This document shows, in pieces, positions 8,293 to 16,415 of a stretch of DNA of 40,923 bases. The notes under the pieces were generated by a model, which worked only from the letters and a program-made list of their open reading frames with translations, was not told the origin of the DNA and made no database searches. Within the stretch, counting starts at the first letter, position 1. Every line of letters starts with the position of its first letter. This DNA is from an uncultured Singulisphaera sp. (GTDB taxonomy: Bacteria; Planctomycetota; UBA1135; UBA2386). The position numbers and the translations under genes were made by a program. Location: NCBI GenBank assembly GCA_964514315.1, contig CAZEQF010000001.1, positions 1 through 40,923 on the forward strand, given 5' to 3'.

Positions 8293-10437
8293 ATGCTGCG
8301 CCATCATCCCGCGTCCGTTCTCGCGTTCTTCCTCTCGTCGTTCGCGTTCGCGCAAGAAGGCTCCGTCGACTCGGCGTCGCGTCCGCTTGCGGACCTTGCG
8401 CACGGAACGCGCATCGTCGCGTCGCAAGACGGCGCCCAGCTCGACTGGGCCGCGTTCGTCGCGCGCCTCGCGAAGCTCGATGCCGTCTTCCTCGGCGAGA
8501 CGCATCTCGACGACATGACGCACCGCGTCGAACTCGAGACGCTCGAAGGGCTCATTCGCGAGACGAAGGGCAAGGTCGTGTTGTCGATGGAGATGTTCGA
8601 GCGCGATGTGCAGCCTGCGCTCGACGCCTACTGCAAGGGCGAGATCGACGAGGCGACGTTCCTCTCGCGCTCGAGGCCGTGGGGCAACTACATGGAGGAC
8701 TATCGGCCGCTGGTCGAGACGGCGAAGAAGCACGGCGTGCCGGTCGTCGCCGCGAACTTCCCCGCGATGCTGCGCCGCAAGCTCGGCATGGGCGGCAAGG
8801 ACGCGGTCGCAAAGCTCTCGGAGCAGGAGCGCGCGCTGATGCCGGAGACGATCCTCCCGGCCAGCGAGGCCTACTGGCAGCGCGTCGACCGCGCGACGCG
8901 CGGCCACATGGGCGGCGGCGGCCAGTCCGCCGAAGAACGCCTCTACGACGGCCAGAACCTCTGGGACAACGCGATGGGCGACGCGGTCAGCAAGGCGCTC
9001 GCCGCGCACAAGGGCAGTGTCGTGCTGCACGTCGCCGGCGGGTTCCACACGGCGTATCGCGATGGCACCGTCGCGCAGTTCGCCGCGCGCCAGAAGGACG
9101 CGAAGTTCGCGACCGTCGCGATCGCCGCGTCGGGCGCGTTGCACAAGGCGCAGCCGAAGCGCGACGCAGACGAAGCGGATTATCTCGTCTATGCGCTGGC
9201 GACGGCGCGCAGCGAGTTCGAGGGCTCGTTCGCAGTCACGATGCAGTCCGAGCTGCGGTATCGCCTCCACGTTCCCGAGAGCGCGTTCGCGCACCGCGCG
9301 CCGTTGCTCGTGTGGGTTCCTGGAGCGGACGAAGATCCCGACGATGCGATCGCATTCTGGCGCAATGCAGTCGGTGACGCCGTCTGCGTCGCGGTGGTGG
9401 AGCATGCGTTCCCGAGCGCGCGCGCGGACCTCGGCAAGGGCGGTGCGTGGAACACGGGCGACGGCTTCCGTGCCGACTACGGCGCGGTGCAGGGCGGCAT
9501 CGAGCAGATCGTCGAATACCTGACGCGGCGCATGCCGACCGATGCCTCGCGCACGATGGTCGCGGGCTCCGGCGCCGGCGGCGCGGTCGCGATGTGGACT
9601 GCGCTGTACTCGAGTTGGTTCCAGGGCTCGCTGCTCGCGATCGAGCCGCACGACCTCACGCGCTTCTCGATGGAAGCGCTGCCGGACAAGGCGCCGACCA
9701 TGCAACGACTCTGGATCGCGGCCGGCGACGCGAACAAGCAGAAGCTCGACAAGGCTGAGTCCGACTACCGCAGCGTCGGCGCGAAGGTCGAACGTGTCGC
9801 TCCGTTCGCGGACGGCGCGGCGCTCGCAGCGTTCGTGCGCAAGGGCCTCGGCGTCGGCGACAAGCCTGCGGTGGCCGGCGCCGACAGCAAGCGCTGGGTC
9901 GCGCTCGACGGGGACCTGCCGCGCGCGCGGCAGTGGGCGGAGATCTTCGCCGCGAAGCTGCGCATGCAGGGCCTCGACGCGTCGATCGTCGCCGCTGCGG
10001 ACGTTCCGAAGGATGCGCCCGCTGCCTCGGTGCAGTGGATGGAAGTGTCTGAACGTGGCTTCGCGCCGTCGCGATTCGCCGATGGCAGCGGCATCCCGCT
10101 CGCGGGTGGTTCGTTCGGCGGCACCACGGTGCTCGTGCTCCCTGCCGGCGCAAGCGACGCGGACTTCGCGGCGTGGAAGGCGATCGAGGACAAGAAGGCG
10201 ATCAAGCGCCGCAGCATGTTCGCCAACCTCGCGATCGCGCGCGCCGACAAGGAGCCGACGCTGCCGCAGGTCGTCGATGCGATGCGGCAGAAGGGGCGCT
10301 CCCGACTGCTGATCTGCCCGGCTGTGTTTTGCGCCTCGCCCGAAGCCATGCAGTCCATGCACAGCCAGGTGGAGGGGATCCTCTCAGGATTGGATGTGCA
10401 CTGGTTGCCAGGCTTGGGCGCCCAGCTAGTGCGCTGA
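8293..10437 (+). CDS. Exported multi-domain protein, 714 aa: ChaN-like (haem-binding/Tiki superfamily) domain, then an alpha/beta-hydrolase-like region, then an unassigned C-terminal domain
   Basis: Track ORF 8080..10437 trimmed to ATG 8293 (MLRHHPASVLAFFLSSFAFA/QEG signal peptide). The N-terminal ~250 aa carry VFLGETHLDDMTH, VVLSMEMFERDVQ and HGVPVVAAN...VLHVAGGFH, typical of the ChaN/PF04187 family. The middle has LLVWVPG...TMVAGSGAGGAVAMW, esterase-like but with a non-canonical nucleophile elbow. The tail ...RLLICPAVFCASPEAMQSM...LDVHWLPGLG only loosely recalls CbiX-type folds. Confidence 0.85.
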   Translation: MLRHHPASVLAFFLSSFAFAQEGSVDSASRPLADLAHGTRIVASQDGAQLDWAAFVARLAKLDAVFLGETHLDDMTHRVELETLEGLIRETKGKVVLSMEMFERDVQPALDAYCKGEIDEATFLSRSRPWGNYMEDYRPLVETAKKHGVPVVAANFPAMLRRKLGMGGKDAVAKLSEQERALMPETILPASEAYWQRVDRATRGHMGGGGQSAEERLYDGQNLWDNAMGDAVSKALAAHKGSVVLHVAGGFHTAYRDGTVAQFAARQKDAKFATVAIAASGALHKAQPKRDADEADYLVYALATARSEFEGSFAVTMQSELRYRLHVPESAFAHRAPLLVWVPGADEDPDDAIAFWRNAVGDAVCVAVVEHAFPSARADLGKGGAWNTGDGFRADYGAVQGGIEQIVEYLTRRMPTDASRTMVAGSGAGGAVAMWTALYSSWFQGSLLAIEPHDLTRFSMEALPDKAPTMQRLWIAAGDANKQKLDKAESDYRSVGAKVERVAPFADGAALAAFVRKGLGVGDKPAVAGADSKRWVALDGDLPRARQWAEIFAAKLRMQGLDASIVAAADVPKDAPAASVQWMEVSERGFAPSRFADGSGIPLAGGSFGGTTVLVLPAGASDADFAAWKAIEDKKAIKRRSMFANLAIARADKEPTLPQVVDAMRQKGRSRLLICPAVFCASPEAMQSMHSQVEGILSGLDVHWLPGLGAQLVR

Positions 10438-10641
10438 AGACCCGACGGCCGACGCTCTTCGCCCGGCCGCAACGGACAGAAATACGGCTGCATCCAGAAA
10501 ACGGTCACGGGCCGTTGCTGCGGCGCATTTCGTGTCCGAACGGCGGACAGCAATGCCCTGCGCGATCCGGCACGGTTGTTGTCTTGTCGTAATCTTCAAG
10601 CGACTCGTCCCCGGAACGGCCTCTCAAGCGGACTACCCCCG

Positions 10642-12389
10642 ATGCTTCGTATCCCCATTTTCCTTGCGGCTATCTCCCTGGCCTCGACCCTGGCGGCGCA
10701 GTCGCTGACCGGGCGGATCGTCGACGCCAACAACGTGCCTGTTGTCGGTGCGACGGTCTATTGCAACCTGTCGTCGGTGCGACGGTCTATTGCAACCTGT
10801 CTGCGACGATCCAGGCCAACACCGACGCGCTCGGCAACTTCACGATCCCGACGAGCACTGGCATCCGCAACCAGCGCTACGACGTTGCGATCAACCCGCG
10901 CAGTCCGATCATCGCGCCGTTGGAATATGGCCGCGTGAACGTGAGCGGTGTGACGAATATCGGCACGGTGCAACTCGCGGTCGGCGCGCAGATCACTGCG
11001 AGGCTCGTCGGCCCCACGGGTGCGCCGCTCGTCGGCGCGAACCTGTCCGCCTACGACCCCGCGGGCGTCAAGCTCTACACGCCGAACGACGGCACGGACG
11101 TCAACGGCAATGCACAGATCGTCGTGCCCTACGGCGCGATGACCTTCCGCGCGATGCCGCCGGTTGGCACGACGTTGGTTCCCTACCAGGAGAACATCGT
11201 GATGAGCGGGGCGCGGGCCTACGGCACGATTGCGTTGCGCCAGGGCTACGCGCTCACCGGTTCGATCGTGCGCGCGGGCGCGACGCCGCTGCCGATCGCC
11301 AACTGCGAGATCGTTGCGACCAACATGCTGACGGGCGAAGAGGTGTTCCTCGCCACCAAGCTCTCGAACACGCTCGGCGCGTTCAACATCCTGTTGCCGT
11401 TCGGCCTCTACCAGCTCGATTTGATGCCCGCGAACGGCTCGCCCTATGCGGCGCGCCAAGTCTTCGGCATCCCGGTCATCGACTACAGCTACAGCCTTGG
11501 GCTCGTGACCATGAAGCCTGGCGTTGCGCTGACGGGCACCGTGCGCGGTCCGACTGGCCTCGCGGTCGCGGGCGCTGACATCGACGTGCTCGACGCGCTC
11601 GGCCACAAGATGTTCACGCCGAACGACAACACGACGGCAACGGGCACCTTCTCGGTGATCGTGCCGACGGGCGGCACCTACTCCGTCAACGTCGATCCGC
11701 TCGTCGCCAACAACCTCATCGGCGCCAAGTCGGCGACGGTGCCGGTGAACGCGGCGACGAACATCGGCATCCTCACGGTGGCCGCTGGCGTGCCGGCGAC
11801 GATCACGGTGACGGACGCTTTCGGCAGCCCGGTTGCCGGCGCGCAAGCCAGCGTTCGCGACGTGGCGACGGGTGTCGAATACACGATCCCTGGCAACTCT
11901 GCCGGCGCGGACGGTGTGATCCGCGCAGTGGTGCCGCAGGGCAACCTCGACATCCGCGTGAAGGCGCCGCAGGGCAGCGCGAGCGCGCCGGTGGTCCTTC
12001 CTCCGTCGCTCGTCGCTGGGCCGCTCGTCACGACGGCGCAGCTGCCGCTCAAGACGATGTGCACGAACACCCGCGGCCTCGGCATCCTGACCGTGGCCAA
12101 CGGCGGCGACATCTTCCTGGAGTGGACGGTCACCAACCAGACGGCCCTGCTGCAGAACTTCACGGTCGAAGCGGTCGTGACGCACGCGTCGGGCGCCGAG
12201 ACGGCGTGGGTCCCGCAGATCCCGCTCGAGATGCCCGGTCCGATCGGGATCACGCTGATGTTCTGGATCGCGACGCCGCCCGTGGCTGCGACCGAACTCG
12301 GCTTCCTGCAGAAGTTCATGGTGCGCCTGCGCAACGCGGCGACCGGCGAACTGTTCGACGAGTCCTACGTCTACTACGTGCCGCAGTGA
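10642..12389 (+). pseudogene. Frameshifted gene for a secreted protein with repeated carboxypeptidase-regulatory-like domains (572 aa if one repeat copy is removed)
   Basis: ATG 10642 gives MLRIPIFLAAISLASTLAAQSLTGRIVDANNVPVVGATVYCNLS, and this frame then stops at 10936-10938. The rest of the protein (track ORF 10761..12389) continues in the +2 frame. The break coincides exactly with the 29-bp duplication at 10744-10801. The restored sequence is collinear with the intact paralogue 12551..14257. Confidence 0.85.
10744..10801 (+). repeat. Perfect tandem duplication, 2 x 29 bp
   Basis: 10744-10772 and 10773-10801 both read gtcggtgcgacggtctattgcaacctgtc. The flanking bases break the periodicity on both sides. 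Confidence 0.97.
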
Positions 12390-12399
12390 CCGTGCGGCC

Positions 12400-12425
12400 C
12401 GGCGGCGCGCGATGGCGCGCCGCCG
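12400..12425 (+). terminator. Stem-loop terminator after the disrupted paralogue
   Basis: 11-bp perfect stem cggcggcgcgc / gcgcgccgccg with a 4-nt loop gatg, beginning 11 nt after stop 12389. There is no U tract. Confidence 0.5.
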
Positions 12426-12550
12426 CAATGGGCGCGATTGCGCCGCGCCGGGAACGATGTGCCGACTTTGCCTTCCGTTGCTTGGCTGCCCTGGGTTGCT
12501 GAATTTGCGGTAAAGAACGTGTGGTTCTTCGCCCGCTTCTTCGCCAATCC

Positions 12551-14257
12551 ATGTTCCATCGCGCCTCTCTCGCCACCGCAGCAGTTCTCGTCCTCTCGGT
12601 CGGCGTCGCTGCCCAATCCCTGACCGGGACCCTGGTCGACACCCTCGGGGCGCCGGTCGCCGGAGCGTCGGTCGTGCTCAGCGGCACTGCGTTCTCTGCA
12701 GTGACGGACATCGCGGGGCAGTTCACGATCGTCGGCCTGCTGAACCGTTCCTACACGGTGCAGATCGACCCGCTCGCCAACCCGCTCGCTCCGGTCGAGT
12801 TCAGCCGCACGGTGCTCGGCGCGACCAACATCGGCAACTACGTGCTGCAGCCGGGCGCGATCGTCAGCGCGACGTTCACGGATCCGCTGGGCGTCCCGCT
12901 CTCGCAGGTGAACTGCAACGTCTATCTGCCGGACGGCACCAAGCTCTACACGCCGCGAGACATCACGAATGCGGCCGGCTTCGTCTCGTTCAACGTGCCG
13001 CAGACCGCGGTGACGCTCGAGGCGCTGCCGCCGACGGGCTCGACGCTCTATCCGTGGCGTTCGAACGTGACACCGAGCGGCCCGCTCGCGCTCGGCACGA
13101 TCGCGTTCCAGCAGGGCTACACGATCACGGGTTCGGTGGCGCGCGCTGGAGCCGTTCCGTTGCCGATCGCGAACTGCGAGCTGATCGTCACGGACCAGTT
13201 CACCGGGCTCGACATGGTGCTCGTCAACAAGCGCACGAACAGCCTCGGGGCGTTCAGCGTTGCGTTGCCGAACGGGCTCTACCGATTCGATTTCGTGCCT
13301 CCGGCAGGCAGTCCGCATGCAGCGCGACAGCTCTTCGGAGTGCCGGTCGTCAGCCAATCGGTGGGCATGGGCATCGTGGGGCTGCCGCAGGCCGCTGCGA
13401 TCAGCGGCACGGTGTTGGGCCCGAACGGCCCAGTCCTCGGGGCGGACATCGACCTCTACGACGCGCTCGGCCACAAGCTGTTCACGCCGAACGACAACAC
13501 GACCCTGACGGGCGCGTTCTCGGTGATGGCCCCGCTCGGCGGCACCTATCAGGTGCGCGTCGATCCGCCCGTCGTGAGCGGGCTCGTCGGCTTCCGCAGC
13601 GCGCCCGTGCCGGTCACCGCGTTGACCAGCATCGGCCCGATCCAGCTTGCGACGGGCATCCCCGTCGTGCTCGACCTGTTCGACAGCCTCGGCGCGCCGC
13701 TCGAAGGCGCGGTGATGAACGTCGTCGATCCGGCGACGCAGCAAGAACTCGTCGTGCCGGGCAACAGCACGGACGCGACTGGCCGCATGACGGCAGTGGT
13801 CCCGTTCGGCGTGTTCGACGTGACGTTGAGCCCGCGCCAAGGCAGCCGCGCAGCGGCCGTGCCGGTTGCGGGCGTTCCGTTCGTCGCGCCGATCGTCGCG
13901 GCGCTGCCGTTGCCGGACCGGCCGGTGTCGACGTCGCTGGAAGGGCTTTCGATCCTCGGCGTGCCGAACGGCGGCGAGATCTTCGTCGACTGGGCGTTCG
14001 AGAACCGCGTGCCCGCGATCCTGCCGACGACCGTCGAGGCCGTCGTGGCGCTCGCGTCGGGCGCCGAGGTTCCTTGGATCCCGCCGCTGCCGCTCGATCT
14101 TCCGCCGTCGATCGGGTTCGGGTTGCAGCTGTGGCTGCCGACGCCGCCGCTGCCGGCTGCGGAACTCGGCTTCCTGCAGAAGTTCACGATCCGGCTGCGC
14201 GATGCCGCGACGCAGCAGGTGCTCGACTCGTCCTACGTCTACTACCAGCCGCGCTGA
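12551..14257 (+). CDS. Secreted protein with repeated carboxypeptidase-regulatory-like domains plus an unassigned C-terminal module, 568 aa
   Basis: Track ORF 12521..14257 trimmed to ATG 12551 (MFHRASLATAAVLVLSVGVAA/QSLTG signal peptide). It repeats units of the type LTGTLVDTLGAPVAGASVVL, ISGTVLGPNGPVLGADIDLYD and so on. The C-terminus ...AELGFLQKFTIRLRDAATQQVLDSSYVYYQPR is shared with the upstream paralogue. Confidence 0.88.
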   Translation: MFHRASLATAAVLVLSVGVAAQSLTGTLVDTLGAPVAGASVVLSGTAFSAVTDIAGQFTIVGLLNRSYTVQIDPLANPLAPVEFSRTVLGATNIGNYVLQPGAIVSATFTDPLGVPLSQVNCNVYLPDGTKLYTPRDITNAAGFVSFNVPQTAVTLEALPPTGSTLYPWRSNVTPSGPLALGTIAFQQGYTITGSVARAGAVPLPIANCELIVTDQFTGLDMVLVNKRTNSLGAFSVALPNGLYRFDFVPPAGSPHAARQLFGVPVVSQSVGMGIVGLPQAAAISGTVLGPNGPVLGADIDLYDALGHKLFTPNDNTTLTGAFSVMAPLGGTYQVRVDPPVVSGLVGFRSAPVPVTALTSIGPIQLATGIPVVLDLFDSLGAPLEGAVMNVVDPATQQELVVPGNSTDATGRMTAVVPFGVFDVTLSPRQGSRAAAVPVAGVPFVAPIVAALPLPDRPVSTSLEGLSILGVPNGGEIFVDWAFENRVPAILPTTVEAVVALASGAEVPWIPPLPLDLPPSIGFGLQLWLPTPPLPAAELGFLQKFTIRLRDAATQQVLDSSYVYYQPR

Positions 14258-14269
14258 GCGCGGCGGTCG

Positions 14270-15772
14270 TCACTTCGAAGGCTTCGAGTCCGAAGCCTCG
14301 ATCTTGCCCGGCGCGCGAACGCCAGAGCCCTGGCGTTTGCTGATCGCGTCGCCGAGGTCTTCGCGCGCGCGCTCGGCCCATTGCTGGAGCCGTTCGACGA
14401 TCTCTGGATGCTTCGCGCTGACGTCGCGCGTCTCGCCGACGTCGTTCTGCAGGTCGTAGAGCGCGAGTGGCGCCTTCTGCTTTGCATACGGCGCCGGCGC
14501 GCCGCCTTTGCCGCCCGGGTTGCCTGCGAGCGTCGCATACGAATGCGGCAGCACGAGCTTCCAGCGCTGGTCGCGAACGGCCTGAAGCTGCCCGGAGTAG
14601 TAGCAATAGAAGGCCTCGTGCGGGCTCTGCGCGTCCGGCTCGCCGCGCATCAACGCATCGAGGTCGCGACCGTCGATCGTGTGGTCCGGCAACGTCGCGC
14701 CGATGCGCGCCGCGAACGTCGGCAGCAGGTCGAACGTCGCCGCGAGGCGGTCGCACGTGGAGCCTGCTGGGATGCGGCCGGGCCAGCGCATGATGCACGG
14801 CACGCGGTGGCCGCCTTCCCATGACGTGCCCTTGCCTTCGCGCAGCGGGCCCGCGGAGCCGGCGTGTTCGCCATACGAGAGCCACGGTCCGTTGTCGCTC
14901 GTGAACACGACGAGCGTGTTGTTGGCGATCCCGCCTTGGTCGAGGGCTTCGAGGATGCGGCGCACGCTTTCGTCGATCTCCGCGACAACGTCGGCGTAGA
15001 GGCCTCGGCCGGTCTTCCCCTCGAACTCCGAGGACGCGTACAACGGCACGTGCACCATCGTGTGCGGCACGTAGAGGAAGAACGACTTCGCCATGTTGCG
15101 GCGGATGAAGTCGACGGCGCGGTCCGTGTAGCGGCGTGTGAGTTCCTTCTGGTCCTCGCCCGTGATCTCGGCGTCGACGACCTTGTCGCCGTCGAACAGC
15201 GGCAGCGGCGGGTAGCCAGCCTTCCGCTTCCTGACGTCCTCCGGCATGCTCGCGAGCGCGGGATGCAGCGGCCACATGTCGTTGCTGTAGGGCAGTCCGA
15301 ACCACTCGTCGAAGCCGTGCTTCGTCGGCAGGAACGCAGGGTGGTGTCCGAGGTGCCATTTGCCGAAGCACGCGGTGGCGTAGCCCTTCTGCTTGCAGAT
15401 CTCGGCAAGCGTGGTCTCGGAGGCCGCGATCCCTTCCTTCGCGTCCGGCCCGTAGGCGCCGTGCACGGAGACGCGCGCATGGTAGGAGCCCGTGAGCAGC
15501 GCTGCGCGCGAAGCGGAGCACACTGCGGAACTCGCATGGAAGTCCGTGAAGCGCATGCCTTCCTTCGCGAGCCGCTCGAGGCTCGGAGTCGGCGTCTTGG
15601 AGCCGAACGGGCCGATGTCCGCGTAGCCCAGGTCGTCGACGAAGATCACGACGAGGTTCGGCGGACGCGCAGCGCGCGGCTGGGCAGACGCCCGCGATGG
15701 CGCGTCGTGGCGTTGCGCTGTCGCGAAGGACGCTGCGGACAAGAGGGCGACCGATGCGAGCAGTCGGAGCAT
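14270..15772 (-). CDS. Formylglycine-dependent sulfatase (arylsulfatase A family), exported, 500 aa
   Basis: Full track ORF with an ATG start and signal peptide MLRLLASVALLSAASFATA/Q. It carries PNLVVIFVDDLGYADIG, the CSASRAALLTG (C-x-A-x-R) formylglycine motif, GKWHLG, and DNGPW...GKGTSWEGGHRVP. Confidence 0.95.
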   Translation of the reverse strand: MLRLLASVALLSAASFATAQRHDAPSRASAQPRAARPPNLVVIFVDDLGYADIGPFGSKTPTPSLERLAKEGMRFTDFHASSAVCSASRAALLTGSYHARVSVHGAYGPDAKEGIAASETTLAEICKQKGYATACFGKWHLGHHPAFLPTKHGFDEWFGLPYSNDMWPLHPALASMPEDVRKRKAGYPPLPLFDGDKVVDAEITGEDQKELTRRYTDRAVDFIRRNMAKSFFLYVPHTMVHVPLYASSEFEGKTGRGLYADVVAEIDESVRRILEALDQGGIANNTLVVFTSDNGPWLSYGEHAGSAGPLREGKGTSWEGGHRVPCIMRWPGRIPAGSTCDRLAATFDLLPTFAARIGATLPDHTIDGRDLDALMRGEPDAQSPHEAFYCYYSGQLQAVRDQRWKLVLPHSYATLAGNPGGKGGAPAPYAKQKAPLALYDLQNDVGETRDVSAKHPEIVERLQQWAERAREDLGDAISKRQGSGVRAPGKIEASDSKPSK

Positions 15773-15836
15773 CGCGCCGTTGTAGCGGCGGGATCGCGAT
15801 GCGTCCTCGTCCTACGTCGCCATCGTGCGATGCGCT

Positions 15837-16415
15837 ATGGTCCGCGGCCACCCGCCGATGCAGACGAGCCAGGAACCTCACGCAGTCCGCGTTGCGCAGC
15901 CTTCGGCGCCTGCGCCTCGACTCGCGCGATGGTTGCTGGCGCTGGCGTGCGCGCCGTTGCCGTTCCTGGCGTTCGCGTCCAAGGACGAGATCGCCGAGGA
16001 CGCGGGTCGTGTCGAGCAGGCCGCGAAAGGGCACGCAGAGTCGCTGTTGCATGCTTCCGGGATCCCGGACGAGGAGCTCGCGTCGTTGCGTTCGCACCTG
16101 GTGGAGCGCGATCGCCTGCTCGTGTTCCACCCGCTCGACGGAGTTCCTGCGGACGCGCGCCCGAAGCTCATGGAGCTGTTGGCGGTGCGCATGCAGATCT
16201 ACAGCAACCTGCTCTACCCGCGGCCGCGCGAGGCCCGGTTCTGCGCGAGCGTCGACGATGTGAAGACGGCTGCGCTTCCGCGCACCAAGTCGTCGATCGT
16301 CGTCGACCTGCGGCAGGACGAGTCGCCTTCGCCGATCGACGGCGCCGAGTTGGTCTATGCCCGTCGCGAGGGCATTCGCATCCGTCATTGGCTCCTGCGA
16401 GGGACGGCGAAGTGA
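15837..16415 (+). CDS. Membrane-anchored protein of unknown function, about 192 aa (start uncertain: GTG 15825, ATG 15837 or ATG 15858)
   Basis: Strong G/C third-position bias through track ORF 15825..16415. It has one N-terminal hydrophobic span (RWLLALACAPLPFLAFA) and then a soluble part with no motif I can name. Stop TGA 16413-16415 overlaps the GTG of the next gene. Confidence 0.65.
   Translation: MVRGHPPMQTSQEPHAVRVAQPSAPAPRLARWLLALACAPLPFLAFASKDEIAEDAGRVEQAAKGHAESLLHASGIPDEELASLRSHLVERDRLLVFHPLDGVPADARPKLMELLAVRMQIYSNLLYPRPREARFCASVDDVKTAALPRTKSSIVVDLRQDESPSPIDGAELVYARREGIRIRHWLLRGTAK

Noticed and set aside
4116-8294. The longest ORF in the track (1392 aa, minus strand).
   Set aside because: The translation is dominated by Arg/Ala/Asp/His runs with no motifs. 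It overlaps the well-supported GT-C gene on the same strand in another frame and is antisense to the 5820-8054 gene. It is the classic shadow ORF of a high-GC genome.
10761-12389. Track ORF starting with TTG at 10761, read as an independent 542-aa gene.
   Set aside because: Its N-terminus begins inside the duplicated segment, in mid-domain and without a signal peptide. It is the displaced remainder of the gene that starts at 10642.
14864-16411. The first ~516 codons of the 966-aa track ORF 14864..17764; also 14184..16556 (-), 16385..18412 (-) and 8062..10362 (-).
   Set aside because: The 5' part of the 966-aa ORF is antisense to the sulfatase and overlaps the 15837-16415 gene in another frame. 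Only the last 450 codons look like a membrane protein. The other three are shadow ORFs opposite or out of frame with supported genes.
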